Part shown: in pieces, positions 1 to 12,200 of the stretch
Layout: each line of letters opens with the position of its first letter
How positions within the stretch are numbered: the stretch's first letter is position 1
DNA from: Amoebophrya sp. A120
Lineage: Eukaryota; Protista; Dinoflagellata
Assembly (NCBI GenBank): GCA_905178155.1
Contig: CAJINV010000004.1
Coordinates: 11,368,542-11,432,541 of the forward strand
Length of the DNA stretch: 64,000 nt
Direction of reading: 5' to 3'
Position numbers and translations under genes: made by a program
Notes under the pieces: model-generated
What the model saw: the letters and a program-made list of their open reading frames with translations, nothing else
The model's database searches: none
What the model was told of the DNA's origin: nothing

Positions 1-421
1 TCACAGGCTCTGAGACTCCAGATCTCTAGTCATTCTGGGACCTACTTCCCACTCTGTATGGGTGCGATTTTATCAGGGACGGGGGTCCCTGGTAAAGTTT
101 TTATCTAGGTCGGAGCTCCTTGATAAAGTTTTGAACTAGGACGACGGTCCTTGATAAAGTCATCATCCAGGATTTGGCTAGGATCAGGACCATTCTGAGA
201 TCGGTCAAATCGGTACCGTGGGAGCCTGCGTAGGGATTTCATCTGGGACCCGGGTCCCTGGTAAAGATTTTACCAGGGTCGCCGGTCCTTGATAAAATCC
301 GAACCAAGAGAACCTGATTTGCTCAAATTCTTCATCATTTGCATTTGGAGGACAGGCATTTCGGGATCTCGTAGACGCTTCAGGCTTGCGCGGAGGTAGG
401 GCTTAGATCACATGACCAACA
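1..421 (-). repeat. 3' LTR (partial)
   Basis: Colinear with 5798-6218 and ends ...gaccaaca on the plus strand. Confidence 0.95.
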
Positions 422-430
422 CCCCTCCTC
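422..430 (-). promoter_or_regulatory. Polypurine tract
   Basis: GAGGAGGGG on the minus strand directly before the TG of the 3' LTR. Confidence 0.8.
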
Positions 431-515
431 AATCGATGCAGTCTGTAGCCCCTAAGAGTCCTACTCAACCATGTTCCTAAATAGATACAAAGTTGCATAA
501 ATTCCCCCTCTCGGG

Positions 516-3500
516 TCAAAATCCAAAGTCTACAGCGTACTCGTACAACACTAAAGCTACTCCACTATCATCGTAGAAACTAGTATAGAAAGAAGCATCA
601 AAATCATCCTCATCATCCGACTGGGCGCCAGGATGAGAAGAGTCACAGGAGATGACTGGATTGCTTTGTCTACGTGATGCAAAAGCAGCCTGCGCTGTGG
701 CACTGAGCATCCATTCCAGCTTCGTAAGCCCATCCGCCTTCATCAAATGCGTCGGGCAGAAGACTATACGACTGGCAGCATCTCGCACACGCAAATAGCG
801 AAGAGCGTAATGCCGTGACTTCGGTTTTGTGTCTGTGCTTTTGGCTGTAGCGATTGCGGATTGGTTGTCCACCCACAAGATGGCATCATCCAGGGACGGA
901 GATAAGCCGCACTGCGTTTCTACCATTCTGGTAGGGAGAGGAGCGAAGAAGTCAGCGAAGTCGTTCTGCTCACTGAGCACAATAATTTCAGAGGCTGCGA
1001 TATACTCGCTTTCCGCCGTCGAATACGCACGCACAGTCTGCCGATTGCTGCGCCAGCAGATCGGGAACCCGCGGTAGTACATAATCGAACCGGTGGCAGA
1101 ACGCATCGTCTTCAAGCAATTCGCGAATCCAGCATCAGAGAACAGGCTCAGACGTGGCACGTCCCTGCCCTCCGGCACTAACTTCTGATAAATCTCATTG
1201 AACGCCTCTTCCTCCTCTGGACTGTACGATAGTCCCACTTCCTTCGTTGTCAGGAGGAACTTTATCACTTTCCTACAGGCGTAAGCGATCCTTTTCGTGG
1301 CTGGTTTGCTCACGTAGCGAGCTAGAGAAGAAACCGGCACACAAATGTCAGGACGCGCAGTGGTCGCGATCCATTGCAACGCACCAACTACGGATCTGAG
1401 AGGATAATCCTTCAGCTCTTCAAGATCTTCTTCCGTCAGAGCTGACTCGTCAAAATTCGGAGAACGTACCGGCTTGCCAAGCGTGACAGCGAACTTGCTT
1501 CTTAGCAATTTTCTCTATATACTCCTCCATGGTCAAACGCACTGACTTGCGCTCCCTAGAGTAGTACACAATCGCCCCAAGGAAGTCGGACTTTTGCCAC
1601 TCGATACCATTGGAATCGGTAAAGAGCTCGACAGCTATCTCACGCCCGGGGACGCGCGACAGAGTCTTCTGCAATTCGGCACGAAGTTCAGCAAGATCAG
1701 GCCCGGCGATCAAGTTGTCGTCGACATAGACAGCAAGCTTGAGATATCTTCCTGGGTGCGATAGACTTGGCTTTCTCCACAAACCAGGCGCAGAAGGACA
1801 GGGCTCCCAACCTAACTCGGTCAAGATGCTCTCATACTTCTTGAACCAGGCTCGCGGTGCGTCCTTTAGCCCATAAAGCGCTTTGCGTAGCTTCACGACT
1901 GCCGTCTTGTGCTTTGCTGCCCAGATGGGTGGCAAGCGGCAATAGACGTCGCGATCGATCCAACAAGGCATTAAGGAACGCGCTATCGAGATCATGCGGG
2001 ATGACGTGATCACCGTCTGCGGCGGCAGATACCAGTAGCAAGCGATTAGCTGCATGCGAGACAACTGGCGCGAAGGTGTCAATGTCACCCGATCGATCAA
2101 GATTGCCAAGCACACCGGCTCGAGCTTTATACGTCCCGTCGCGCTTAACGGTCAGCATGATAGCGATTGGAAGCACTTGCTTCGCGGTAGCTAGCTCCTC
2201 GTCAGAGGCTGGCTTCCACGTCTCATATGCTAGCAGACGAGCTTCCTCCCTGTCAGTTACCTTCTGCCACTTAGCTGCAAGCTCAGCGTCAGGCAATCTG
2301 ACAGCCTTCTCAGCGGAAAGATAAGTTTCCCAGGAGTCAGCATTCGTCAACATCGCTATGGCCTCGACGATCTCCTCACCATCGTCAAGCATGCCAATAG
2401 CGTTCCAATTCGCTGCGGCAAACGCCTCTGCGTTCTTCTTCAACTTTTCGAGCTGTGCTTTTGTGCGCCGAGAGCGTTTCTTCTTATCCTTGGCCCCTTT
2501 TGGACGTCCGCGGCCCGGCTTGGAGATGCGGTTGCCAGCCACAACCCTTGCCGGTGCGTGACGCACCCTAGCAGGACTAGAAGACGCTTCTCGAGCTTGT
2601 TCCCCTCCTCCACTGTTGCTCGCTGCGAGGTTCCCCTCCTCAGCTTGCGACAGTATAGGAGCTTCCGGGGACTCTGCTGGACCTTCTTCCTCTCTGTCCA
2701 GTGTCTCCACTTGAAGTTCTAATCCGGCGGTCGATTCCTCCGCGTGCCCCGCCCCATGAACCTCCAGGCGATGAGCCGAACTAGATTGCGAGTCTAGCCG
2801 TCCAAGCGCGGGTGGAACCGGCTGCGATGCGCCGCGTTGGAGATCTTCCAGGTAGTCCATCTGAACGAAGACTCCCTTCGAACTGGGTAGGAGCCAGCCA
2901 ATGCTCTTGACGAGTATATCCTCCCGAAACTTGACATCGCGAGTAGAATACTCGGCCCACCGATGCCCGTCTCTTGTCCGATCGTCTTGAACGAAGGTGC
3001 CCACGAGCCAGCCCGAAGACCTAGGACAAAGCCCGAGAAACACACCTCGACGAAAGGGCGGACTGAGCTTGGGACCTCCTTGTCCTTCTCTGTCCGTCTT
3101 GATTTGTTCACGAAAGTAAACAAGACAACCAAAACGCCTGAGCAGGCCAATGCCTTGCCTCGCACTGTTCCTTCCTGTCCTCTTCTCAAAGATCTCTATC
3201 GGAGTCCTTCCGTCATGCTCTGGCATCTTTGCATATTTATGCGGCAGCCGGTCCCAACAATCACCGCTGTAGACTATGGCATAGGACCACAGTCGGCGAT
3301 CGACGTGAACCAACAGTGTACGGCAGGAGCCGAACAGCGTCCGCATAAAACGCTCGCAAGTTCCGTCTTGCTCTGGATTGTGAGGAACAATTGGAGCGTC
3401 ACAGATCTGCAGCGATTGCATGACCTTGGTCATGTGCTCACTGCCCAGAACTGGCTCATTGTCCCGTCTCAGGAACCAAACGACCTTGTCATCCAAGGAC

Positions 3501-4415
3501 AATGACCAGTCTGCGCGAATGCCTTTGATAATATCTCCCAACTCCTCCACGCAGTCGCTCTTGTACAAAAGAGGCCTGACAAAACACTTCTTGATGGCGT
3601 CACAGATACCAACAAGGACACAGGTGTGCTTCATGATAGACATGGGCTCCACACCGACACCGAAGTCAAACGCTACTAATTTTAGTGGTTGAGGTTTATA
3701 ATTCTCAACGTTTCTCACTTTCGCATGTGGATTCCTCTGTCCTTTAGTTCTATCGCACTCGGGGCAACTGACGCTGAGCCCGTCCACATGGAAATGTCCA
3801 AGACGTCTGTGTAGCTCTAACTTAGTCAAGTAACAACTACTAGTAGATACCTCGGCGACAGACGTACAGACAAAGCCGTCCACAGCGTCTGCCTCCTGCA
3901 GGTCGAACAAGTTGCAACCAAGGACGGGAAGGCACATTCTGGGATGATTCTTTATGTCCAACACGCGGCCGGTACCAGTGTGAGCAATGGCTCCGCCGGT
4001 GCTGTGACAGGTAAGCTCCCATCCTACTTGTGACATGTTACCAACCTTCACCGAGCCAAGGCAAAATCCTATCAATATCCTTTGGCAGATCTTTGAAATA
4101 GACACCATGTCGCAGGTTTAATTGGTTGGGTTGCAATTCTCCTATAAATCCATCCCGTGCGCCAGCTGTTCCGTTGATGGTACAGCGTCGGCCCGTGATG
4201 TTCTTAAAATCATCAGCGTGCTTCGATAAGTATCTATTTGCACAGCTGTCAACTAGGTTTACCTGCTTTACACCTAGGTAACTGGCTGCACAATAATCAA
4301 CAACAGACAACATGGTAGCAGCAGAGTTAACCGAATCTACGAAACTCTTGCAATACACTTCATCCTCCTCAAAATTCAACCAACATCTTCCCCGTTCCGG
4401 ATCTTGATCCTCGTC
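516..4415 (-). pseudogene. pol: Pol (protease, integrase, reverse transcriptase, RNase H), frameshifted
   Basis: LVDSCAN protease motif; HRRLGH...CPEC integrase zinc finger; LRKALYGLKDAPRAW and YVDD in RT; FSDAGFA, STAESEY, VDNQSAI and ADGLTK in RNase H. Split over 4 ORFs. Confidence 0.93.
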
Positions 4416-5554
4416 TCAGCTCGGTCCGGGCTTGCCGGATCCCGATCCAGCGCTAGCTTCATGCCAGACCCAGGCACCGCCCCAGTCCTGGTAGACCGTA
4501 GGTTCACCGAAACCGGTGTACGCGTTGCCCCCTCCTTTGCCTTTGCCTTTGGGTTTCCCACCCGTAGACGCAGCAGCGGTAGGACACTCCCACGCGTAGT
4601 GACCCCAGTCATCGCACTTGTAGCACTGAGTATTCTTCTTGTACTCCTTGAACTTCTTGCCCTTCTTGCCCTTCCCCTTCTTGCGGGTAGAAGGATCACC
4701 GCCCTGGCTTGCGTGGACTTCGGCGGTAATTTTCTTTTTCAGTTTAGCCTTGAACCGCTTGAGAGCAGTCTGAGACATGAAAGCTTTACCGTCCTCATCG
4801 TTACCACTAGCCTGGGGGCGCTTCTTGGAAGTGGCAGTCTTGTCCTCGTCGTACTCAACCGCCGGGAACGCCTTGCCGAAGCTGGAGTTCTCCACCTTGT
4901 ACTCACCGCCCTTGATCATGGCCTGCAGACGGGTCGCCAACTTGTCACCCATCTGCTGCATCGTCAGCTGGGCACCGTCCTCGACCATGCGCGCGATCGT
5001 GTCCTTGAAACCCTTGGAAAACATCTTGGGCAGGTAGTCTAAGATGTTCTGGACCTGTCGATCTTCAGGAGCACGGGCGAGGTCGGACGGAAACACCGCA
5101 GGGGACTGATCCATGACGCGCTTGACCTTGGCGAGAAAGGAAGGCGGGTCCTGAGGTTGGTCGCGGTCATCGAACTTCATCGATTCGAGACACGCGCCGC
5201 GGATTTTCTGCTGGGTCCTGTTCTGCTGGTTGTAATGACCTTCATCACGCAGCTCCAAATACAACTCTCCGGCATTCAGAATGTTATAACTCGGGCGAGC
5301 GTGCAGCCAGGTCTTACAAGAACCAGTCAAGGACTTCAGCATCGCGGCTTTCAGGTTGCGCCATTTCTGAGCAACCGTCTCAGCCTGCTGACCGACTCCT
5401 CCGGGGAGACCGGGCTGACCGAGATGGACGCGACGTTGTCGAAGTAAACGCCTAGTCCGAGGCGCTCGACCTCCTCACGGACAGAGCGATCCCATTCGAT
5501 CCAGCCAGTCGCATCCGGCAGCTTCGCAGTGATCTCTGCGGATACCGCAGTCAT
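4416..5554 (-). pseudogene. gag: Gag with CCHC zinc knuckle (frameshift near 5390)
   Basis: CYKCDDWGHYAWEC knuckle in ORF 4416-5342. The N-terminal part is in another frame (5351-5554). Confidence 0.85.
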
Positions 5555-5750
5555 CTTGTTTTCTTAATGAATCTACTGTCACTAGTGTAAAGTAGCACAG
5601 ATTGGCGCCTAAGTCGCAACGCAGTGTTGGACTTTGAACACACCTGCCACACTGAGTGACCAAAGCTTCTACCTTCAAGAGGTCCCTAACACGTTCAAAC
5701 ACTTCAATCTCTCAGCAGACAGGGCGAAAGCCTCTGGCTGCGTTGCATCC

Positions 5751-6218
5751 TGTGAGGATTCATCAATCAAGGTTCATCATAGACATCATTCCACTCATCA
5801 CAGGCTCTGAGACTCCAGATCTCTAGTCATTCTGGGACCTACTTCCCACTCTGTATGGGTGCGATTTTATCAGGGACGGGGGTCCCTGGTAAAGTTTTTA
5901 TCTAGGTCGGAGCTCCTTGATAAAGTTTTGACCTAGGACGACGGTCCTTGATAACGTCATCATCCAGGATTTGGCTAGGATCTGGACCATTCTGAGATCG
6001 GTCAAATCGGTACCGTGGGAGCCTGCGTAGGGATTTCATCTGGGACCCGGGTCCCTGGTAAAGATTTTACCAGGGTCGCCGGTCCTTGATAAAATCCGAA
6101 CCAAGAGAGCCTGATTTGCTCAAATTCTTCATCATTTGCATTTGGAGGACAGGCATTTCGGGATCTCGTAGAAGCTTCAGTCTTGCGTGGAGGTAGGGTT
6201 TAGATCACATGACCAACA
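5751..6218 (-). repeat. 5' LTR
   Basis: Right boundary 6218 is fixed by the LTR-LTR match. Left boundary is guessed from TGT at 5751 because the matching part of the other LTR is outside the window. Confidence 0.8.
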
Positions 6219-6277
6219 TATTCCTATATACTGAAATTGCCTTTGCGTGTGGGACAGGTACTTTTATCACCTTGATA

Positions 6278-9200
6278 TCGTGTGGTCGCAGCTCTCGCAC
6301 GTGATAGTGCCGCTCGTCGTGCACGCTGCCCCCGTTGCGGCCTTCCCATTGCTGCAGCTGCAAATCTTTTGTGGACTACAAACGTGTCTGGTTCTGGATA
6401 ACAAGAATGCAGAATTGTAATCCTGTAATTTGAGGTACGGGCTTTTGCTTTTTATTTCATCCTTGCATGGCTGTAGATTTGATTCTGTGATGCATTTTGG
6501 GACTTTGACTTTGCCTTTCATTATCGTTTGTATAGTATGTCGAAAATAATGCCATTTTTCATGCGTAATACGCAAAATGAACAGAGCTCTCAAAAAAAAC
6601 TGTCATGTTTGCTTACTTTTGGGCGTCCTAGTCTGTGGATCACCAACGAAAGATAAGGGGGGCCACCTGCGTTCCAAACGACCAAGACACATTTGCAGTA
6701 GATAGATTTTGGAAGCAGTGAAAGTTCGTGTCAAGGGTGAAGCCCGCATTGTCGCAGGCGGCGCAAATGTGCGAATCGTGAACGCTGCAGGAGATAATCT
6801 GGGTAGGTCCCGCTTGGACGCCGTTTATGCATTGCAAAAGAAATTCTCACTCTGGCTCAGACAGGAATAAACTGCATACGTAGATCCAGAAAGATAAGCT
6901 CAATTTGGTTTCCAGGCTCATTCACGATCCCCTCCCGCTACTTTGCGCGGCTTTTATACTACGACTCCTTCATGAAAATGCCACGCATTATTCGTGGTCA
7001 TCTAGAAGCACTGCAAGAGCAATTCCTTCGCGCATACACTAAAAGTACAGCAAGAATACTTTTGCAGGGGATACCGTTGTCGCAGCGGCAAATGTTTTGC
7101 TTGCAGTGGCCGTTTTCCAAACGATAATTTGCCGGGTCGTCACAGCTCTCACAAATGTGACCCCCGTCGGCTGTGCAAGCGCTGCCGGTAGCTGGAGCTC
7201 CGTCATCACACTTGCAGACATTCTGCACGCAGCGGTTGGTGCCATCGCTTTCGCCCACGATGCGATATCCGTCGTTGTCGCACTTGCTGCAAATATTGCC
7301 ACCATTGATGGTACACAGCGGACCTGTTTCAGCATCTCCGTTTTCGCAGTCGCAGACATTCTGCAGGCACTTCTCGTTCTCAAGTCGGTAGCCGTTGTCG
7401 ACGCAACGCGTGCAAATTTCTTCACCGTCGCTGGTGCACGCGGCACCGGTAGCAGCGACTCCATCGTCACAGCTACATACGTTTGGCTTGCACAGCTTGG
7501 CCACGGCGTCCAGGTGGAACCCGTCAGCCGAATTGCAGGACTTGCATACCTGCTTGTTGTGCTGGACGCAACTCGGGTCGCCGGGGTCAACCGCGTCTCC
7601 ATTCGTGCACTTGCACTCGTTCTTGATGCAAGTGTGATTGAAAAGCCGATACCCGGCATCACAGCTTTTGCAGATGGTCGCACCGTCCGCGGTGCAGTTC
7701 GCGCCCGTGGCTTGCGTGCCACCCGGACAGCTGCACTGATTGAGGGCGCAGGAGTAGGTGTGCGCATCGAAGTGATACCCTGCTGCGGTGCACGCCGTGC
7801 AGTTTTGCGTGCTACCGTCTTCGTCGCACCCTGCGCCCGTCTTCGGCACCCCGCGGTCGCATTTGCACGTGCGTAGCTTGCACTCGTCGCTACCGTCAGC
7901 AGCTGTGCCAGTGTAGTAGTCTTCGTGGCTGCAGTCGGTACACTTTTCCGTATTGTTCTGCGGGCATTCCGGTCCCGAAGCGGGCGTGCCTGTGAGGCAG
8001 TAGCATAAGTTGGGCGAGCAGATCGTTTTTGTCGGATCGGTCGGGTCGGCTTCGCTGTGGTAACCATCATTACACACATCGCAGTCGGGCGTATTATGCA
8101 CGTCACACGCGGTGCCCGTCGTACCCGACCCGAAGTCGCAGACGCACTGCTTTTCCACGCAGGCCCCGTCTTTCAGAACCGTTCCTGCGGTTGCGCAAGA
8201 GGTGCAGAACGGAGTGGCGTCGACGTCGCAATCCGTGCCCTCCGCTGCGTCGCCAGAGGCGCAGGTGCACTGATTTAGTACGCAGTCGGTGCCCTCCAGG
8301 TGGGACCCATTGTCGCAGGTGTCGCACAGATTCGCGTTGTTGGCCGTGCAGTTTTCGCCTGACTTCGGATCGCCGTTGGCGCAAAGACACACATTTTGGA
8401 AACACTTCTTGTCCGCATCCAGCGTGTAGCCAGCATTTTTGCAACGCGCGCAGATGTCCCCGCCGTCTTCCGTGCAGTCGGACCCTGTGGCGGAATCTCC
8501 ATTGAGGCAATCGCAAATATTTTCCAAACAGTGGCCGTTCTTCAAGCGATAACCGTCGTCATCGCACCGCACACAAGTGTTCGACCCGTCTTGTTTGCAG
8601 GCTGGTCCTATCGAATGCAAATACTTTCTATATGTACTTATGGGTCTGGAGAGGTGCAGCAAATTTCTGTTGCTGAGTCTTGCATATTACCATAGATACA
8701 CAGTGGTCGCTTATACGGCAGTACGGCATAACGAGTTAGTTTTACGGCACTTCTTGCAAATTCTGACTCATTCGCCAATCGCATGATACCAAATATAGCC
8801 GCCGAGGCGGGGGTAGTGAGGTCGCGCGGGGTCTTTTTGACTGGACGACGCCGGGTCTTTTTGCTCTTTTCAGAGGAGAAACGCTCTCCCGCACGCTATG
8901 GCCCCACAAGGGCCTCCGCCAGGGTCGGCCCTTTGGGCCCCCCAAATCGGGCCCACAGCGTGCGGGTTGGCTTGCTGCTTTTGGCGGGATTCCCGTCCTT
9001 TGGCTTTTTTTGTTGAAAAGCCGCGCCCCTGCCGCCTCCTGAATCGAAACGCTTTCCCGCATGCTATAGCCACCCCAGGGCCCCCACCAAGCCCGGCCCA
9101 ATGGGCCCCCAAAATCGGGCCCATAGCATGCGGGTTAGCTTTTAGCTTTTGGCGAGCTTTCCGCTTTTTGTTTTTTTTTTGTAAAAAGTCGCAACTTTTT

Positions 9201-12200
9201 CCCTGCTCCCCGCCTTACAAATGCCCGATTTTGGTGGCCGGCTTTGCGGCCTTCAAAAGTTGGCCAAAATGGGGCCCATACCATGCGGATTCAGGGTTTT
9301 TGTCAGCTTGGCATTTTTTGGGCGTCCCTTTTTGGGCGCCCCAAATCGCCAGAAACCAAGGCGGCGGGCGCCTCGGAAGGGCGCCCCTTTTGCCGGCTCC
9401 CCTGCGTCGTTTTATCCAGTGCGAATCGATAGAATCCGCTCGGGCTTGTTTGATGGCAAAGCCCCGGCCGCTTGATAAGTGAAAACTTTTTATGCTCAAA
9501 AACACTTCCGGCCGCTTGAAAACTGCCGGTCGTTTTGCATAAGACATGTCAAAAAGATCGCTAGATTAGAACGTTCGTGACCTCACTACATACTACTGCC
9601 TTCCAACACGTCAAAAAATCTCGCCACTCATCTCCATGCATCAACACAGATCGTGTTGCTCTCCGAGTCTCGCATTTCACAAATGATCCACACCCAGACA
9701 TATTAAATATTTGCAGTGCATAGGCCCCGTCGCAGCGTCCCCGTGGTCGCACGTGCAGATATCGCACGAAAAGACTGCTTCTCTGCGACTGCGACAGTCT
9801 TTTTTGCATGAATGGCATGACAGGTTTGTCACTCACGACAAAGTAGAAATTAGAAAATTTGTCATGCGCGCTTGATCGTACTTTACTACAACGGAATAAC
9901 AATAAATGGTGCACAGCTAGAAATACCCTTCTTTCCATTTCGCCCAGCACAGCTACTCCCAGTTCTATCTGTGTTGCATGTTCTGCATCGCAAGTTCGCG
10001 GTGAAACAGTTCTTTTGGTGGATAGCATTGGTTCTGGATGCAATGGAAGCTGGCGTCGAGGGTGAAGCCCTCGTTGTCGCACTCCGAGCACATGTATGAA
10101 TTCCAAATATGTCTGGTGTTCTGGAAACAAGACCTTCATACTGCCCAGAGGTAAGAACGACTTGAAATTGAAAGATGTAATATGTACAGTGAGAACTAGG
10201 ACGTCCCCTAGCATGCGAAGCTAAAACTATATTGAGCAGTTCGCGCATTATAACACACTTCTCGCGTCTGGTCTGCTGGATGAATGCACACGTTTGCCAT
10301 GCAGTTGTTGCATGACCCCGAAACTCTCCTCTGGCATGCAAGCAATAGCATCACGGGTGTCAAGGAGGTCTCTCATTTTCAATTCCTGGTCGTATTCCGC
10401 ATGAGAAATCCCTGATTTTGATCAAAATACTTTTGCCGTCCACACATCATGACAGGTTTTTGTGTGATCTAAAATACGCATCACAAGTGTGCACTCTTCC
10501 CGACCCAGATAACGACAACATATTTGCAATGCATAGCATGTGCGAATTGTGACTGCTGCAAGCCACGGCCGTTCCCGGCCCCGCGGGGCTTCCGTCTACG
10601 CAGGTGCACGAGTTCTGTTTGCACTCATCGCCCTCCAGCCGGAAGTTGTGCGGATCGTGACAGCTGGCACAGATGTTGGCGTTGTCGTGCGTGCAATCAG
10701 ACCCGGTCGCCGGTTCACCACCCGTACAGTGACAAGAATTTGACACGCATTCGTTGGTACCATCCGCGACGTTCTCTACGACGTGATACCCCTGGTCGCA
10801 CGCCTTGCAGATGTTGCCCTGGTGGATATCCACCTGAATAGAAACGTCCCCACCCCGAAGTCCTCAAGCTCTTCATTTTGCCACACAAACCAACAACCTT
10901 TATGTGTTGCGAGTAACAGACTTAGCCTCGCATTGCAGTAGTACTTAGCAAGTCAGCCACATCGCAAATTGATCTCCTGAAGATGGTGGTTCATCTAGCG
11001 CGACGAAATTCAAAACACCACTAGAAAATACTTCTCATGGGGCTGCGCACCATCATCATCAGCATCATCATTGAGTGGATCGTTTGCGCATGAGAAACAT
11101 TTTAGGCATGCAGGGAGGTCCACCGTGGGGACGTTTTTACAAGACAAGCATCGGGAGACGGGGACGTTTTTACACAGGTTAGTGGACCGTGCAGTTCGCA
11201 CCCGTCGCACGCTCCCCGTTTGCACACTCGCAGGTGTTCTTCTTGCACTCCTTGTTGGCGGTTAGGCGATAGCCCGCGTTCTTGCATCCCTCACAATTGA
11301 TTGCCTTGTCGACTGTGCAATTTTCGTCCTTCGCTGCGTCTCCGTTGGGGCATCGGCAGACTTTCGGCTCACAGGCGTCGTCTGCAGTCAGCGTGAACCC
11401 GGCGTGCAAGCAGGAAGCACAGATATTCGCCCCGTTGGCAGTACAGTTGGCCCCCGTGGCCGGGGTTCCGACCGACTTCCCCTCGTCGTTGTCGCACGTG
11501 CACAGGTTCTGTTCACAGTGTTTCTCCAACCCACTGGGGCCCGCGACATCGACGAGGCGCAGTCCGTCGTGGTCGCAGCGTGCGCAGACCTCGATTCCCT
11601 CCGTGTGGCACGAGGCGCCGATTACGGGCTCCCCGCCCGAGTTGCAGGTGCACACGTTCGGGATACACCGAGGCTCGGTCCCGTTTTTTTTGTAACCCAG
11701 GTCGCAGGCGTCCGCCGCGCTGTCGCAGATGTGCCCGTCGGCCTCGGTGCACTCCGGCCCGGTGGCCGCTCTGCCGTGGTCGCAGGTGCACGACGTTGGA
11801 TAGCACTTTTTGTCTGCCACGTGAAACGCATAACCCTGGTGGCAGCCGGTCTCTGCGCAAATGTGCGCGTTGTTAGTCGCGCAAGCAGTGCCAGAGGCGC
11901 TTGCACCGTTGTCGCACCAACAGTGGTTCGGCTCGCAGTGGTCGTCTTCGAGGTGAAAGCCCGGATCGCAGGCACGGCAAATGTTGTCTCCGTGGCCGGT
12001 GCAGTGCTCTCCGTCCGCCTCGGTGCCGTTTTCACAGTCGCACTCGTTCTGCGAGCATTTGTGCAAGGCATTCACGTGCTCGTACGCAAATTTGCAGGCT
12101 GTGCAGATGTGCGCGTTATCGCTAGTACACAACGACCCGGTCGCCGGCGTTCCGTCGTCGCAGAAGCAAGAATTCTGCACGCAGACGTCACCTTCAATGC

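Larger units (their letters stand above)
1..6218 (-). mobile_element. Ty1/copia LTR retrotransposon (3' LTR cut by window edge)
   Basis: Direct repeats 1-421 and 5798-6218 differ at about 8 positions. Domain order is Gag-PR-IN-RT-RH on the minus strand. The LTR starts TGTTGG on the minus strand. Confidence 0.96.

Noticed and set aside
5731-5750. Primer-binding site of the copia element
   Set aside because: There is no TGG tRNA 3'-end complement and the LTR boundary is unverified, so it cannot be called.
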